A DNA stretch of 62,202 bases, counting the filler, from Choristocarpus tenellus KU-1152 (Eukaryota > Protista > Phaeophyceae): NCBI GenBank assembly GCA_964200185.2. It is 7 parts of 7 records of this genome, joined end to end, with 100 filler letters (N's around TTAATTAATTAA, not from the genome) between each part and the next. Parts side by side here need not be neighbours in the genome. Positions count along the whole stretch, not along the records: positions 32,735 to 41,363 come from CAXNAD020004514.1; positions 41,464 to 47,942 come from CAXNAD020008051.1; positions 48,043 to 55,675 come from CAXNAD020005840.1; 4 more parts are not named here. One strand, written 5' to 3'. Of this stretch, positions 39,631 to 49,329 are shown one piece after another. The notes below the pieces were generated by a model, which saw only the letters and a list, made by a program, of their open reading frames with translations, had not been told where the DNA came from and did no database searches. The stretch's first letter is position 1, and every line of letters begins with the position of its first letter. A program made the translations under genes and the position numbers.

Positions 39631-40181
39631 TGGGTCTGGTATTGGGATGGGATGCCCTAATTTTCGCTGTAAGGTATTTGAATGGGATATTAGAGATATC
39701 AACCATTGTGTTGATCGTGTTCACAAAAAAAAGCTATTTGAAAGATATTTACTGGGATAAGGATAGCACATGTAAATATAAAAATATTTATATTAACTAA
39801 AGTAACTAATAATATATATATATTGCTTGACTGGCAATTCTGGGTAATAAAGCACAAGGAGTTTTGAAATACTTCATCCAAGATCAGCACTGGGATCAAA
39901 GTGTTACTGTTTCACTCTAAGGATAATTTCTCCATTTACTAGCTCGACCTGCTTTTAAAATATCAATTGACTGTGTCTTTGTTACTTTCAAAGGGATCTA
40001 TTAGTTTTCATTTGTATTCACTGTATTTGTAGTATATATATTTGTAGTATAAATGTATTTGTAGTATATTACCAGTTTCTACTATCCTGGCAGTCACTAT
40101 TTGTCCAAATGGGGCATTAAAAAATAAATTGACAATAAATCATGATTTTAACGCCAAGCCCTTAACTTTATTAGGAGTTTT

Positions 40182-40270
40182 TTTAATAATGCAATAATTA
40201 GCATACCTAAACCTACTCCCAATGCTAGATTACAATTTTTTTGTATTGCTTACGCTGGAGGAGGAACAAG
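40182..40270 (+). pseudogene. N-terminal fragment of an NRPS/PKS-type thioesterase (GrsT/type II-like)
   Basis: FNNAIISIPKPTPNARLQFFCIAYAGGGT matches the thioesterase start consensus PxPNPNARLRLFCFPYAGGGAS. Confidence 0.7.
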
Positions 40271-40274
40271 AACT

Positions 40275-40430
40275 TTGGAAAACACTGAATTATTGGTTGA
40301 ATAGTTACCTATTGCTGTCTTTTGTGGAAGTGTTACAATAGTTTCTATTATTATGGTGGTATTGCCAAACATTTTTACAACTAGGAACCTACAAAAATAT
40401 AAACTATCGGCTTTTGAGTGTGGATTTGAC
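40275..40430 (+). pseudogene. nuoA: NADH:quinone oxidoreductase subunit A (NuoA/Nad3) N-terminal fragment, Rickettsiaceae-like
   Basis: LENTELLVE*LPIAVFCGSVTIVSIIMVVLPNIFTTRNLQKYKLSAFECGFD has the ECGF loop motif and a premature TAG at the conserved Tyr of EYLPI. The NxELLxEYLPIAxF...LPN pattern matches Rickettsia NuoA as I recall it. Confidence 0.85.
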
Positions 40431-40431
40431 A

Positions 40432-40560
40432 GGAACAGATGATTTGCGTAATACTCCCACTTTAGAACTTACTAATATATTGACACAAAATGACAAAAAA
40501 ATCATTGCGTATGACCCTGAAGAAGGGATGATTTATATTGATAAATATTATAGCGATATA
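40432..40560 (+). pseudogene. ugd: UDP-glucose 6-dehydrogenase C-terminal domain fragment
   Basis: GTDDLRNTPTLELTNILTQNDKKIIAYDPE matches the Ugd motif KxGTDDxRxSPAxxIxxxLxxxGxxVxAYDP. Confidence 0.75.
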
Positions 40561-40564
40561 GATT

Positions 40565-40766
40565 GTGTTTTCTCTTCATTACTTGCAAATTTAGTCTCAC
40601 CAATTTGTACAAAATTTCCTTAATTATTGACAATAATTCGTCCATATTGGTTTGGTTTGTCAAATTTAAATGCCAAAGTGGCAGCTTTTGAATCTTCTTC
40701 TTCTATGTGATCAAAAAGATCACTAAAATATATATTAATTAATTTGTGCATTATCCCCACAGACTA
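40565..40766 (-). pseudogene. glmU: GlmU (UDP-GlcNAc pyrophosphorylase domain) internal fragment, Rickettsiaceae-like
   Basis: The minus strand reads LVCGDNAQI (frameshift) SDLFDHIEEEDSKAATLAFKFDKPNQYGRIIVNN*GNFVQIGETKFASNEEK, matching GlmU LYGDxPLI...VTLxFxxxNPxxYGRI...GxFxxIxExKxAxxEEK. Confidence 0.8.
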
Positions 40767-41050
40767 GAGTAAGAGGCCAACCCTTTAGAATGATACTCTT
40801 TCCTAAAGCAACTGTTCAATAATGTTTAATATTGTTTTACTAATAACAAAATTTTACTATTAGGAATGCTTGTATTTAGCAGTTTCTAGTGGATGATATC
40901 AGTTTTGCTTTTAATATTATTTTTCACATTTCAGTGGAATATCTATATTAAAAAGACCATACAATTCTACTAATATTATTTTTAGTTGGGAGTGAACAAG
41001 GACAATGTGTTTTGTTACAAAGGGCTTGCTTATAATGTTTTACTAATAAC

Positions 41051-41158
41051 ATGGGGGTGACCAACACAGAGGAGCTGGTAGAGGCCACAATGGAGGCATT
41101 TGATGTGTACCTTTGGGAGACACTAGAGTGCATCTGACAGAGTCTCTTCACAGTCTAG
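41051..41158 (+). mobile_element. Decayed Tc1/mariner transposase, 3' piece resuming after the bacterial insert
   Basis: MGVTNTEELVEATMEAFDVYLWETLECI*QSLFTV is the same C-terminal motif as YNADTLERVWQSLF in the 8474-8707 element. Same strand as 39282-39630. Confidence 0.75.
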
Positions 41159-41159
41159 G

Positions 41160-41337
41160 CCCAAAGTATCTGGGGGGCGGGGGGCAGTCTACACCAGGGT
41201 GTCCATTTGTCCCAAAACCAGGAAAAGTGCACTTACATTATCCATTCGACGTATGCAACCACATCACTAAAAAATTGTGACATGAAAAAATTGACCCCAA
41301 GTGGACAGTAGCCATCACCCCACCCCGCTACTTTTAC
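41160..41337 (+). mobile_element. MITE family C copy, directly after the mariner remnant
   Basis: CCCAAAGTATCTGGGGGG...GTCCATTTGTCCCAAAACCAGGAAAAGTGCACTTACATTATCCAT matches 27528-27700 and 1-76. Confidence 0.78.
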
Positions 41338-41363
41338 CTTATACTATTACTCTTATGGTTCCA

Positions 41364-41463
41364 NNNNNNNNNNNNNNNNNNNNNNNNNNNNNNNNNNNNN
41401 NNNNNNNTTAATTAATTAANNNNNNNNNNNNNNNNNNNNNNNNNNNNNNNNNNNNNNNNNNNN
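41364..41463. other. Artificial contig linker
   Basis: Same spacer. Confidence 0.98.
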
Positions 41464-41742
41464 GGGGTTACATTTAACAGAAATCAAAGTAGAGGTGGGC
41501 AGATGAGGTGCACCGAACCACTGGGGCAGCTGCAGTACCAGCATTGTGCTGAAGGAGTGGGCTCGCCCTTTGAATTAGCACCGAGGTGTTGTGCAACATG
41601 ATGCTCCAAAAAATAGACCCTACCCTTGCTCGTTCTAGGGCTCCAGCAAGAAGGATCTCCCCCGAGATGACAATATTGAGTATCAGGTTATGATTTACAG
41701 GCAACTGTGAAATGCAGAACCAGTGCCACAGAAGAGCTCTGT

Positions 41743-41803
41743 CCCTAACCCTAAGGCGACAAGGCAGTGCTAACCCTGACCCTGACCCTGACCCTAACCC
41801 TAG
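41743..41803. repeat. Short telomere-like hexamer run (CCCTRA)n
   Basis: CCCTAACCCTAA...AACCCTGACCCTGACCCTGACCCTAACCCTAG. Confidence 0.6.
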
Positions 41804-42027
41804 CACAGAGTAACAATTCCTCTAACGTGGATCCAACCAGCTGAGACTCAAAAATAAATCTTAAATTTTTCTTCTCAATCTGCACCCCAAGTGAACATCC
41901 TGCTTGACTACTTGTTCCACATTCCGTGAAGGGATCTAAGCGAGGGAACGGAGGACAAGCGGGGTGAGGGGGTGGGGAAATTTCCACAGCAACGGTCTCA
42001 ATTGGGGAGGAAGGATTCTGATCTCAC

Positions 42028-45000
42028 CGGTTTGAAGCCCTTCATGAGAGGTATACACCAAGAGGCCGCCTGATGATGCCCCTTCCCCATATCTGATGCG
42101 TAACAACAGTGTATACAGCATCACCTAAAAATACGGAGGTTTAGAGGTAGAAGAGAAGGCATTTCGAAAATCGCTCAGCGCGCACACACACACGAACCAC
42201 TAGAGCTCTATAGTCACAGCTTCCGCTCTAGACAAACTTACTCATGGTATCATGTTTCGATCAACGTCCCCTAGCATGTAACAACTCCCAAGGCTATATC
42301 TTCACCTGAGCTCGGTGACTGCTATAAGCATCCCCAATCCGTTTGCCTGTCTTGAGCTCAACTGCCATCACCACACGCTCCCAATTGCCCTGCTTCCCCA
42401 AATCTCCCCCGGCCCCTGAAAGGCCCCCTTGTCCCATGCTGGTGGCCAGTGGCATCACCATTGCAGCCACGGTTGCGTCCATAATCCCCTTGAGACCCAG
42501 CACAGGGCTCCACACATCATCCTCAGTGGCGATGATACTAGTGATCACCACTCTCACTGAGTGGGACCGGTTAGGACCTGAGCAAACCACACCAGAACCT
42601 TTGAACTTGCCATCCCTGGTGCCATTACCTCCCCCACCATGATTGCCAGCAGGGCTTAGCCCTTTAACATTGTCGGCCTCTGCCTTCTTGCCATCCTTCT
42701 GGGTCAGAAACTCCCGATGCCATTCGAGGATAGGTCTACAAACTGCGAGGAGCTCTCGGCGGGCAGTGTCCTCATCCAACCCAACCCCATACAACGCCTC
42801 CAAATTCGACTGAACAATGTGGTCCACCAGGGAGTGCATGAACTGGAGCGTGACCCCTTCCGATGCCGCCGCACTCCCTGAGCTTGTTCTCACACTTGCC
42901 CCAGCTGCCGCTGCCGCTACTACCTCCACTCCCTCTTTCCATAACCCTGCGGCCTCTAGGAGAGAGGCCTCAAACAGCTCGTGCTCTAGGTTTCCCATCA
43001 CTGCGGCTTGACTTCTGCTAGCATCGGAGGCGAGCCGCGCCTGGAGCAAAGCTTTTCTCGAGCAGAGTACCGTGTCTGCTACCCTGGTTGGAGACACCAA
43101 GATATCTGGGTGTACCACCAATAGGTTGCTTGAGTCGTTATCGACTATTACATCGCGCACCACTGGTGATGCGTGTACCCCTCCCCCTCCCCTTCCCCTC
43201 CCCCCGCCCCCCTTGTCCCCAATCTTCCCCTGCTTTTTCTCCCCCAGATCTCCACCCCCAAGATTCACTACGTGCACAGTATCTCCTGGCTCCACCTCAC
43301 AGTTGTACCATTCCTGCCGGAGTGAAATTTCCTGCCTGGCAGCCAACATTCCCCCGCCATCACTGCCCTCTACGTCTAGAGGTGATTCTTGACCTTGCTC
43401 CAAAGCTACCAAGAGCTTCTCCTTGGCAACTGGCCCTGAGTTTGCCACCTGTATTACCTCTAGGACAAGATAACGTCGATGGACTAGATCTGGAGGATGT
43501 TGTGTGGGGGGCTGGGGGAGGGAGGGGGCAGGACCTTGACACTGAGCAACAAACTTTTGGTGCCCTGCCTCCCCCCCCTGCATTGCCCAGCCTGTATTGT
43601 GTGCTTGGCCAGGGTCTGTTGCTGCTCTTGCGATACTGCCTCGCTGTCCTTGCTTAAGCACAGATGGCTTCACCTTGGATTTAACAAATTCTTCAATGCC
43701 CCCATAGGTTGTGAACAGATCAGAACCTTCTCCCATAGAACCTGGTCCTGGCCTGATACCAAGTCCAGTCCCCTGCTGTGACAGTGACCTGACACTTTGT
43801 CTTGGCCTTGCCAGACTGGAGCCTCCATTATTGACCCTCTGGGGGGCAGATTCTAGTACCCCAACACCTCTGCCTCTACCTACACGATCCTGGGATGATT
43901 TGATGCCGGCACTCAGGTCCAGATTGCCTCCCCTACCCCGACCAGTGACGAACCCCTGCCCCTGGCTCATGCTTTTGCCCTGACTTTGCCCACCCTTGAA
44001 TCCTGTCGGTTGGCTGGCACTATGGCTATGGTGCCCACCTACTTGGCGCACAGATTGTGGAAATGAAGCAACAGGTTTGAGCGGGGGACGGGTCCCAACT
44101 TTGATGGTCTGTCCCTGCCTTGTTGCATTCCTACTCCCTCTGATTACTGGCTCTAGTCCACACTTTACCCCTCTTTCTGATCTTGCCTTGATGCCCCCAT
44201 CCCCATCCTTGCCATTGGCCAATCTGCAACGTCTGCTAGTGTTGTCACCAGGCTGCTGTTGTTTACTGGCAGCTGCGACCTGAGTAGCGACATCCTCCAT
44301 ACGCTGAAGGTCAGCATCTGAGAGGAAGCTGAAGTCATTATCACCATACTCATCTCCTATGCAACTATCCCCACTAACCCCAGAAGGACCACTACTCCCA
44401 TCCACTGAGAGTAATCGCCCGTTCTCTGTACCCATAGTACTATGGTAATTCGTTACCTTGCCACCAGCAGGAGGGACTGAAGATGAACTTTCAGGAGGTT
44501 GGAGGGAAATTCGTGCATTTGGTTCCTGCCTCAGCTTGGAGGGACTCAAACTTTTGTCCTTGATCACAACATCTGCTGCATTCGATATTGGGGCAGATTC
44601 AGAAACATTGCTGCCCTTCTCAGAAGATTTCACTGATGCTTCTTGTCTCGAATCATTACTATCTGTGTATATTAGTGGGTTGCCTCCACGCTGTCTACCC
44701 AGAATGACAGGAAATGCACTGCTTGCAGGGGCATTGCTCTTCTGCTGTAGTCGCATTTTCCTGCCCTTCTTCGCATCAGCCAACTTCTTTCGTTGAAGGG
44801 CCTTTTCTGCCCAGCAGCGCTCATTGCTGTCCCTGGGGGCATCTAGGGCCTTCGATCCTGAGGCAGATACAGTGGGTGGAGGATCACCGTCCTCATTAGT
44901 GACATTATCTTCATGCGACTCATGCAACTCACTCTCTTGGGACGGCAGTAGCCAGCGGGATAGCAGATTCTCACTGCTCGCTGGATCAGTCCGCCGCCCA

Positions 45001-45684
45001 CTCCGAGTACTCTTGCTTCTTGCGGTCCCTACCTCCTCCCCAGTTGCTTTATTGCTAGAAGTCTTCTGAAACTTTGCCTGGGCGAGCACACTGCCGAGGC
45101 TATCCAGTTGGTTCTGCACGACGGTATCACTATCGCCACCACCCTTACCTCCATTTGTGCTTGAATCGCACATGTCCTTAGGGACAACGTCGAACCTCAC
45201 GTCGTCGACAAACCTATCGTTGGTGGCAGTGACTGATGCTGGGGACTGCGAGTTTGGAGTAGAGGACTGGCCAATGCGACTTCTCTTCGAGGAAGTACAT
45301 GAGCCTGCACTGAAATCCTGGGCACGGGACTGTGGAGGAGTACGACTGCGCTTCCCCGTGCGGGAATTTCCTACCGATAAGGACCCCTGGTGGTTACCAA
45401 TGCAAACAGACAGTGAAATAACGAAGGATAACCTGTTTTAACACAATAATACAGGACCTTTACAGCATATACTGAACCTCAACAGCATATGCTCGACCTC
45501 GAGGTAATCCATAGGTGACAAAAACAACCAATCATGTATGTCAAAACTCAATAGCAAGATGACTGCTGAATGATCATTGAGCGAAGGTAAGGATTCAATG
45601 GTCTCGTGAATCACTCACCCTAGATCTTTTGCTCTTCCCTCCAATGCCAGCCCGTTCATCAGCTTTTCTACCCTCAGGTCTCAT
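42028..45684 (-). CDS. DNA2: DNA replication helicase/nuclease DNA2, 5' part; exons 45619..45684 (tentative), 42306..45386, 42028..42124; 3' exons absent from this contig
   Basis: RRYLVLEV, LRQEW...GDTVHVV (OB fold), LLVVHPDILVSPTRVADTVLCSRKA (Fe-S Cys), GNLEHELFE, EDDVWSPVLGLKGIMDATV, ELKTGK, HRAQ|VMLYTLLL. Confidence 0.93.
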
Positions 45685-46373
45685 TGTACCATCCACGGTC
45701 GACTCTTCATGTCGAGGACTAGGCTCTCTCACCAGTGAACACCAAAGCTGTGCACGACTAGGCCATCTTCACCCTCACGATCTAATCATCGAGCTTATGC
45801 AGAGTTACGCACCGAACGAAGAGGGTGTCGAGTAACACTGGATGAAAGTAGGTCAGCTTTTTGAAATCAATCGTGTCTCTCTCTCCTTTCTTATTTGGAG
45901 GCTGAATAGTACGTATTGATTGGCAATTATTTTCATACGGCGTATGCTTAACATTTTTGCCCAACTTTCAAAATTTGTTAACTGTCACTTGGATCCCAAA
46001 AAAGGTTGCGAAGTAGGACGAGCTTGACAGTGTAAGAGATTGCCACATCCTCAGGCTACTACTTGATACCATCAGGTGTTGGGTGTTGTGGAACACTCGC
46101 TGAGGTGGAGAGTAGGTAGCTTTCGAAATTTGAGTTGGCGCCCTCAACCAACAGAAGTTGTGTGACCTGAAGAGTTGGACGCAGAGGTGAGTCGTAGTAC
46201 ACCTATGGGATGAGGCGAGATATATCCGTCCACGATAGCCGATGTTGGTTGTGATTCTCTGGTAAGGTTGGTTTTGGTTTGTGTTCAAATGTTGATCAAG
46301 AATCTTCTGCAGTTTGCAGTGTATCTCACACAAAACAAATTGCCACACACTAGGACCCTATCCAGGTGCCACC
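45685..46373. promoter_or_regulatory. Putative bidirectional promoter region between DNA2 and SMC2
   Basis: Divergent starts ~690 bp apart on the same contig. No specific site is firmly identified. Confidence 0.5.
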
Positions 46374-47538
46374 ATGTTTATCAAGGAGGTGGTGGTCGAT
46401 GGCTTCAAGTCTTATGCTCAGCGAACGGTTTTGGAGGGTTTCGACCCTTACTTTAACGCCATCACAGGATTAAACGGCAGTGGAAAGTCCAACATTTTGG
46501 ACGCCATCTGCTTCGTTTTGGGCATCTCCAACCTTACACAAGTCCGAGTCGGGAACCTGCAGGAACTGGTATACAAGCAAGGACAGGCGGGCGTTAATAA
46601 GGCCAGTGTTGCTCTAGTCTTCAATAATAAGGACAAGGCCGGCAGGTTTGTTGCTCCCAGATAGTCGAGAGGCGATATCCCCATTCCCATTCCAGACTAT
46701 TCCTTTCATTGGCTGTTATAGCGACAAACTTACAAATCCCTCAACGCAAGTCTCGCCCACTCTCACAAAGTTCTGGCTCTGCCTCCACCCCCTAAAGCCC
46801 TATGGGTTATGCCGAATACGATGAGATCACTGTGACACGCCAGGTGGTGATTGGAGGCAAGAACAAGTACCTAATCAACGGTAAACAGCAACAGCAGTCG
46901 CAGGTCGCCAACCTCTTCCACTCGGTGCAATTAAATGTCAATAACCCTCACTTCCTCATCATGCAGGTGTGAACATTACTCTCTCAATCTACAAGCAAGA
47001 TTCGTAGACTGCATCGATGTTAACATCGTTTCTTATGTTCTATGGCCCTTGTATAGAACTGTCCACCTTGGTGATTGATTTCTCGTCGCTGACTTACGTA
47101 AAACTTGACGACTTAATCCTATTGGGCTATTTCAAAGCTCTTGCACCTCATTCCCTTTTGTCATTACACTTCCTGGTCTTGACGATGATACACATATAAG
47201 TCGTGACACAAGCTATGTTTTTTAATAATTATTTCCCTTAGTCTTTATTAAACTGTTCTGTGTGTAGAGTAGGTAGAGCAGGTATGATTGAAGCACTCAA
47301 GCAAATCCTCTGTTAAAAAAAATGATGGCCTTTAACTTTTACGTTTCTCACTGGTTAGTCTTTCATTCATAGTTGGGGGCCTGTCCTTGCCATATCTCTT
47401 GTCCAGGGGAGGATCATGAAGGTACTCAACATGAAGCCCCCCGAGATCCTGGGGATGATTGAGGAGGCAGCTGGGACACGCATGTTTGAGAATAAGAAGC
47501 AGACGTCCCTCAAAATCATAGAAAAAAAGCAGGCCAAG
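46374..47538 (+). CDS. SMC2: Condensin subunit SMC2, 5' part; join(46374..46645,46798..46966,47407..47538), truncated by the contig end
   Basis: [15 protein letters not shown], Walker [71 protein letters not shown]|[24 protein letters not shown]. Kozak-like GCCACCATG start. Confidence 0.97.
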
Positions 47539-47942
47539 GTAAAGAGCTCTCCTCGTATTTTCTCCCCTCTCCCTTGCTCACTCCTTGAAGTGTCTTTTGC
47601 TTGCCATGGGCTTGGGTCTCTCCCTGCAAGAACTGCAAGGAGGCGAGGTACATTTGGCTCAAACCTGGTTAGAAGAAAAGTGTTTGGGGTTTCTACACCC
47701 TTCTAAACATTATTACTTCAAGCTATGATTTTTTTGACGAATGAAATTAACAACCCCAAAAGGTGGGGGGTTACTATTGTAGGTCAGATGGGGACAGCCC
47801 ATGCAGCCAACACTACAAGATATAGGAAAGGTGGATTCAAGCTCACAGAAGAACACGTCTTTCAAAGGTTGCGCAGTGCACTCACCATCATAGGTTCCCA
47901 TGCTTTCCCCACCCCCCACCCCCCCCCCTCTCCCATCCCCCA

Positions 47943-48042
47943 NNNNNNNNNNNNNNNNNNNNNNNNNNNNNNNNNNNNNNNNNNNNTTAATTAATTAANN
48001 NNNNNNNNNNNNNNNNNNNNNNNNNNNNNNNNNNNNNNNNNN
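47943..48042. other. Artificial contig linker
   Basis: Same spacer. Confidence 0.98.
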
Positions 48043-48104
48043 ATGTTGAGTGGTGTGAGAACTGCTGTGGGCTTGAGGGGAGTGGAAACTTGTGTGGGTT
48101 GAAA

Positions 48105-48215
48105 GGATGGCTGGCAATCAGTGATGAAGGTCATTCGCACTGGTTGGTCATCCAATGGGGAGGGATGGCAACCATTGACGAAGGGCATTCGCACTGGTTG
48201 GTCATCAAATGGGGA
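48105..48215. repeat. Imperfect direct duplication (~58-bp unit)
   Basis: GGATGG..GGCAA.CA.TGA.GAAGG.CATTCGCACTGGTTGGTCATC occurs twice. Confidence 0.7.
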
Positions 48216-49329
48216 ATAGAGGATAGAGGAATAGGAAAATAGGAATGAGCAAATAATAATAATAATCCAGAATTCGTGAGCAAAACAAATAATGCAATAT
48301 ATATATACTGTCGTTGGCGCGTTGGTGTGGAATGTATTTATTTTTTATGTTGTGGTAGAGAAGAAGAGTCACATGACGAGGCTCTAGATTGGTTAAAACT
48401 TGCAATGTGACATTTTGGTGGGATCTCACCAGGAAACTATCCACACACTTTTAAAGTATCCGTCCGGGTGCAAAAGTGTGCAAAGTGAACGGATTTTGGT
48501 AGGAAAATGCCTCAGCCTCGATACATCGTTTCCTCTGTGGAACAGTTCCACTATCTTTATGCACTCACCAAAACCCTTCCCAAGGAGCAACTCTTACCAC
48601 ATTTGATAGAGAGCGACTACTGCAGGTTCCCACTACGCTACTGTCATGCATCAATAATAATTCATCTGCACCTCCTGTTTCTTTGACCATAACCGCCTGA
48701 CCCGCTTTCAATCACATGAACCAAGCAGACGGTAAAATATTAGCTTTTTAAGAGCTGTACACTCTTGAGTAGTATCTCCCAAGGCACTCATGTGGCAGCA
48801 TAGACAACAACTCCACAACCTTTTCCCTTCCTCACAATTTGAAAGCGCACACCTAATGCGATAGAGACGTTCTACTACCTCCAATGTAATACCTAAGATT
48901 CGTTTGAGCTTTAGACAGGATTATAAAAATATTTCACAACATAAATGAGTATTGTGCTTACCAGTAGTATCATATTGACCTACGATACTACACTCTACAG
49001 TATATAACTATCAATACTACACAATCGTCCAGGAAACAACTTCATTCAGAAAAGCATGAGCACTTACGACTCCAAAAAGAATTGATTAGCTACTACTGTA
49101 GTTGGCACACAACATTCAGCGCACAAGGCATTGGAGTAAGTCAAAGAAAGCAATAATGGACTAGAACTTAGAGGTTACAGGAAGCATTGAAATCATATCA
49201 GAGGGGCAGACATATACCAAGCATTGAATTGCAGACATGTCAAAGGAGACAGATCTTGTGTCTTTCCTCCTTGATCGAGATGGACATTACCTTCCTGTAA
49301 CAATGCAGTAAGAGTCCAGTTGAAAACAG

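Larger units (their letters stand above)
39631..41050. other. AT-rich mosaic insertion of bacterial (Rickettsiales-like) gene fragments
   Basis: Visibly more AT-rich than its flanks, lies between two collinear parts of a mariner transposase, and contains four recognisable decayed bacterial gene pieces (listed next). Confidence 0.8.

Noticed and set aside
40275-40430. Mitochondrial nad3 NUMT
   Set aside because: The neighbouring fragments (ugd, glmU, thioesterase) are not mitochondrial genes, and the N-terminus looks rickettsial.
39631-41050. Functional horizontally acquired operon, or bacterial contaminant contig
   Set aside because: All pieces are partial, several have stops or frameshifts, orientations are mixed, and the block sits between eukaryotic transposon halves within one contig. 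A chimeric assembly cannot be fully excluded without reads.
41474-41806. 110-aa ORF as the next DNA2 exon
   Set aside because: The phase is incompatible with the preceding phase-1 donor (immediate stop), it has no DNA2 motifs, and its start comes from a hexamer repeat.
42343-45441. Numerous plus-strand ORFs
   Set aside because: They are antisense shadows of the GC-richer DNA2 exon.
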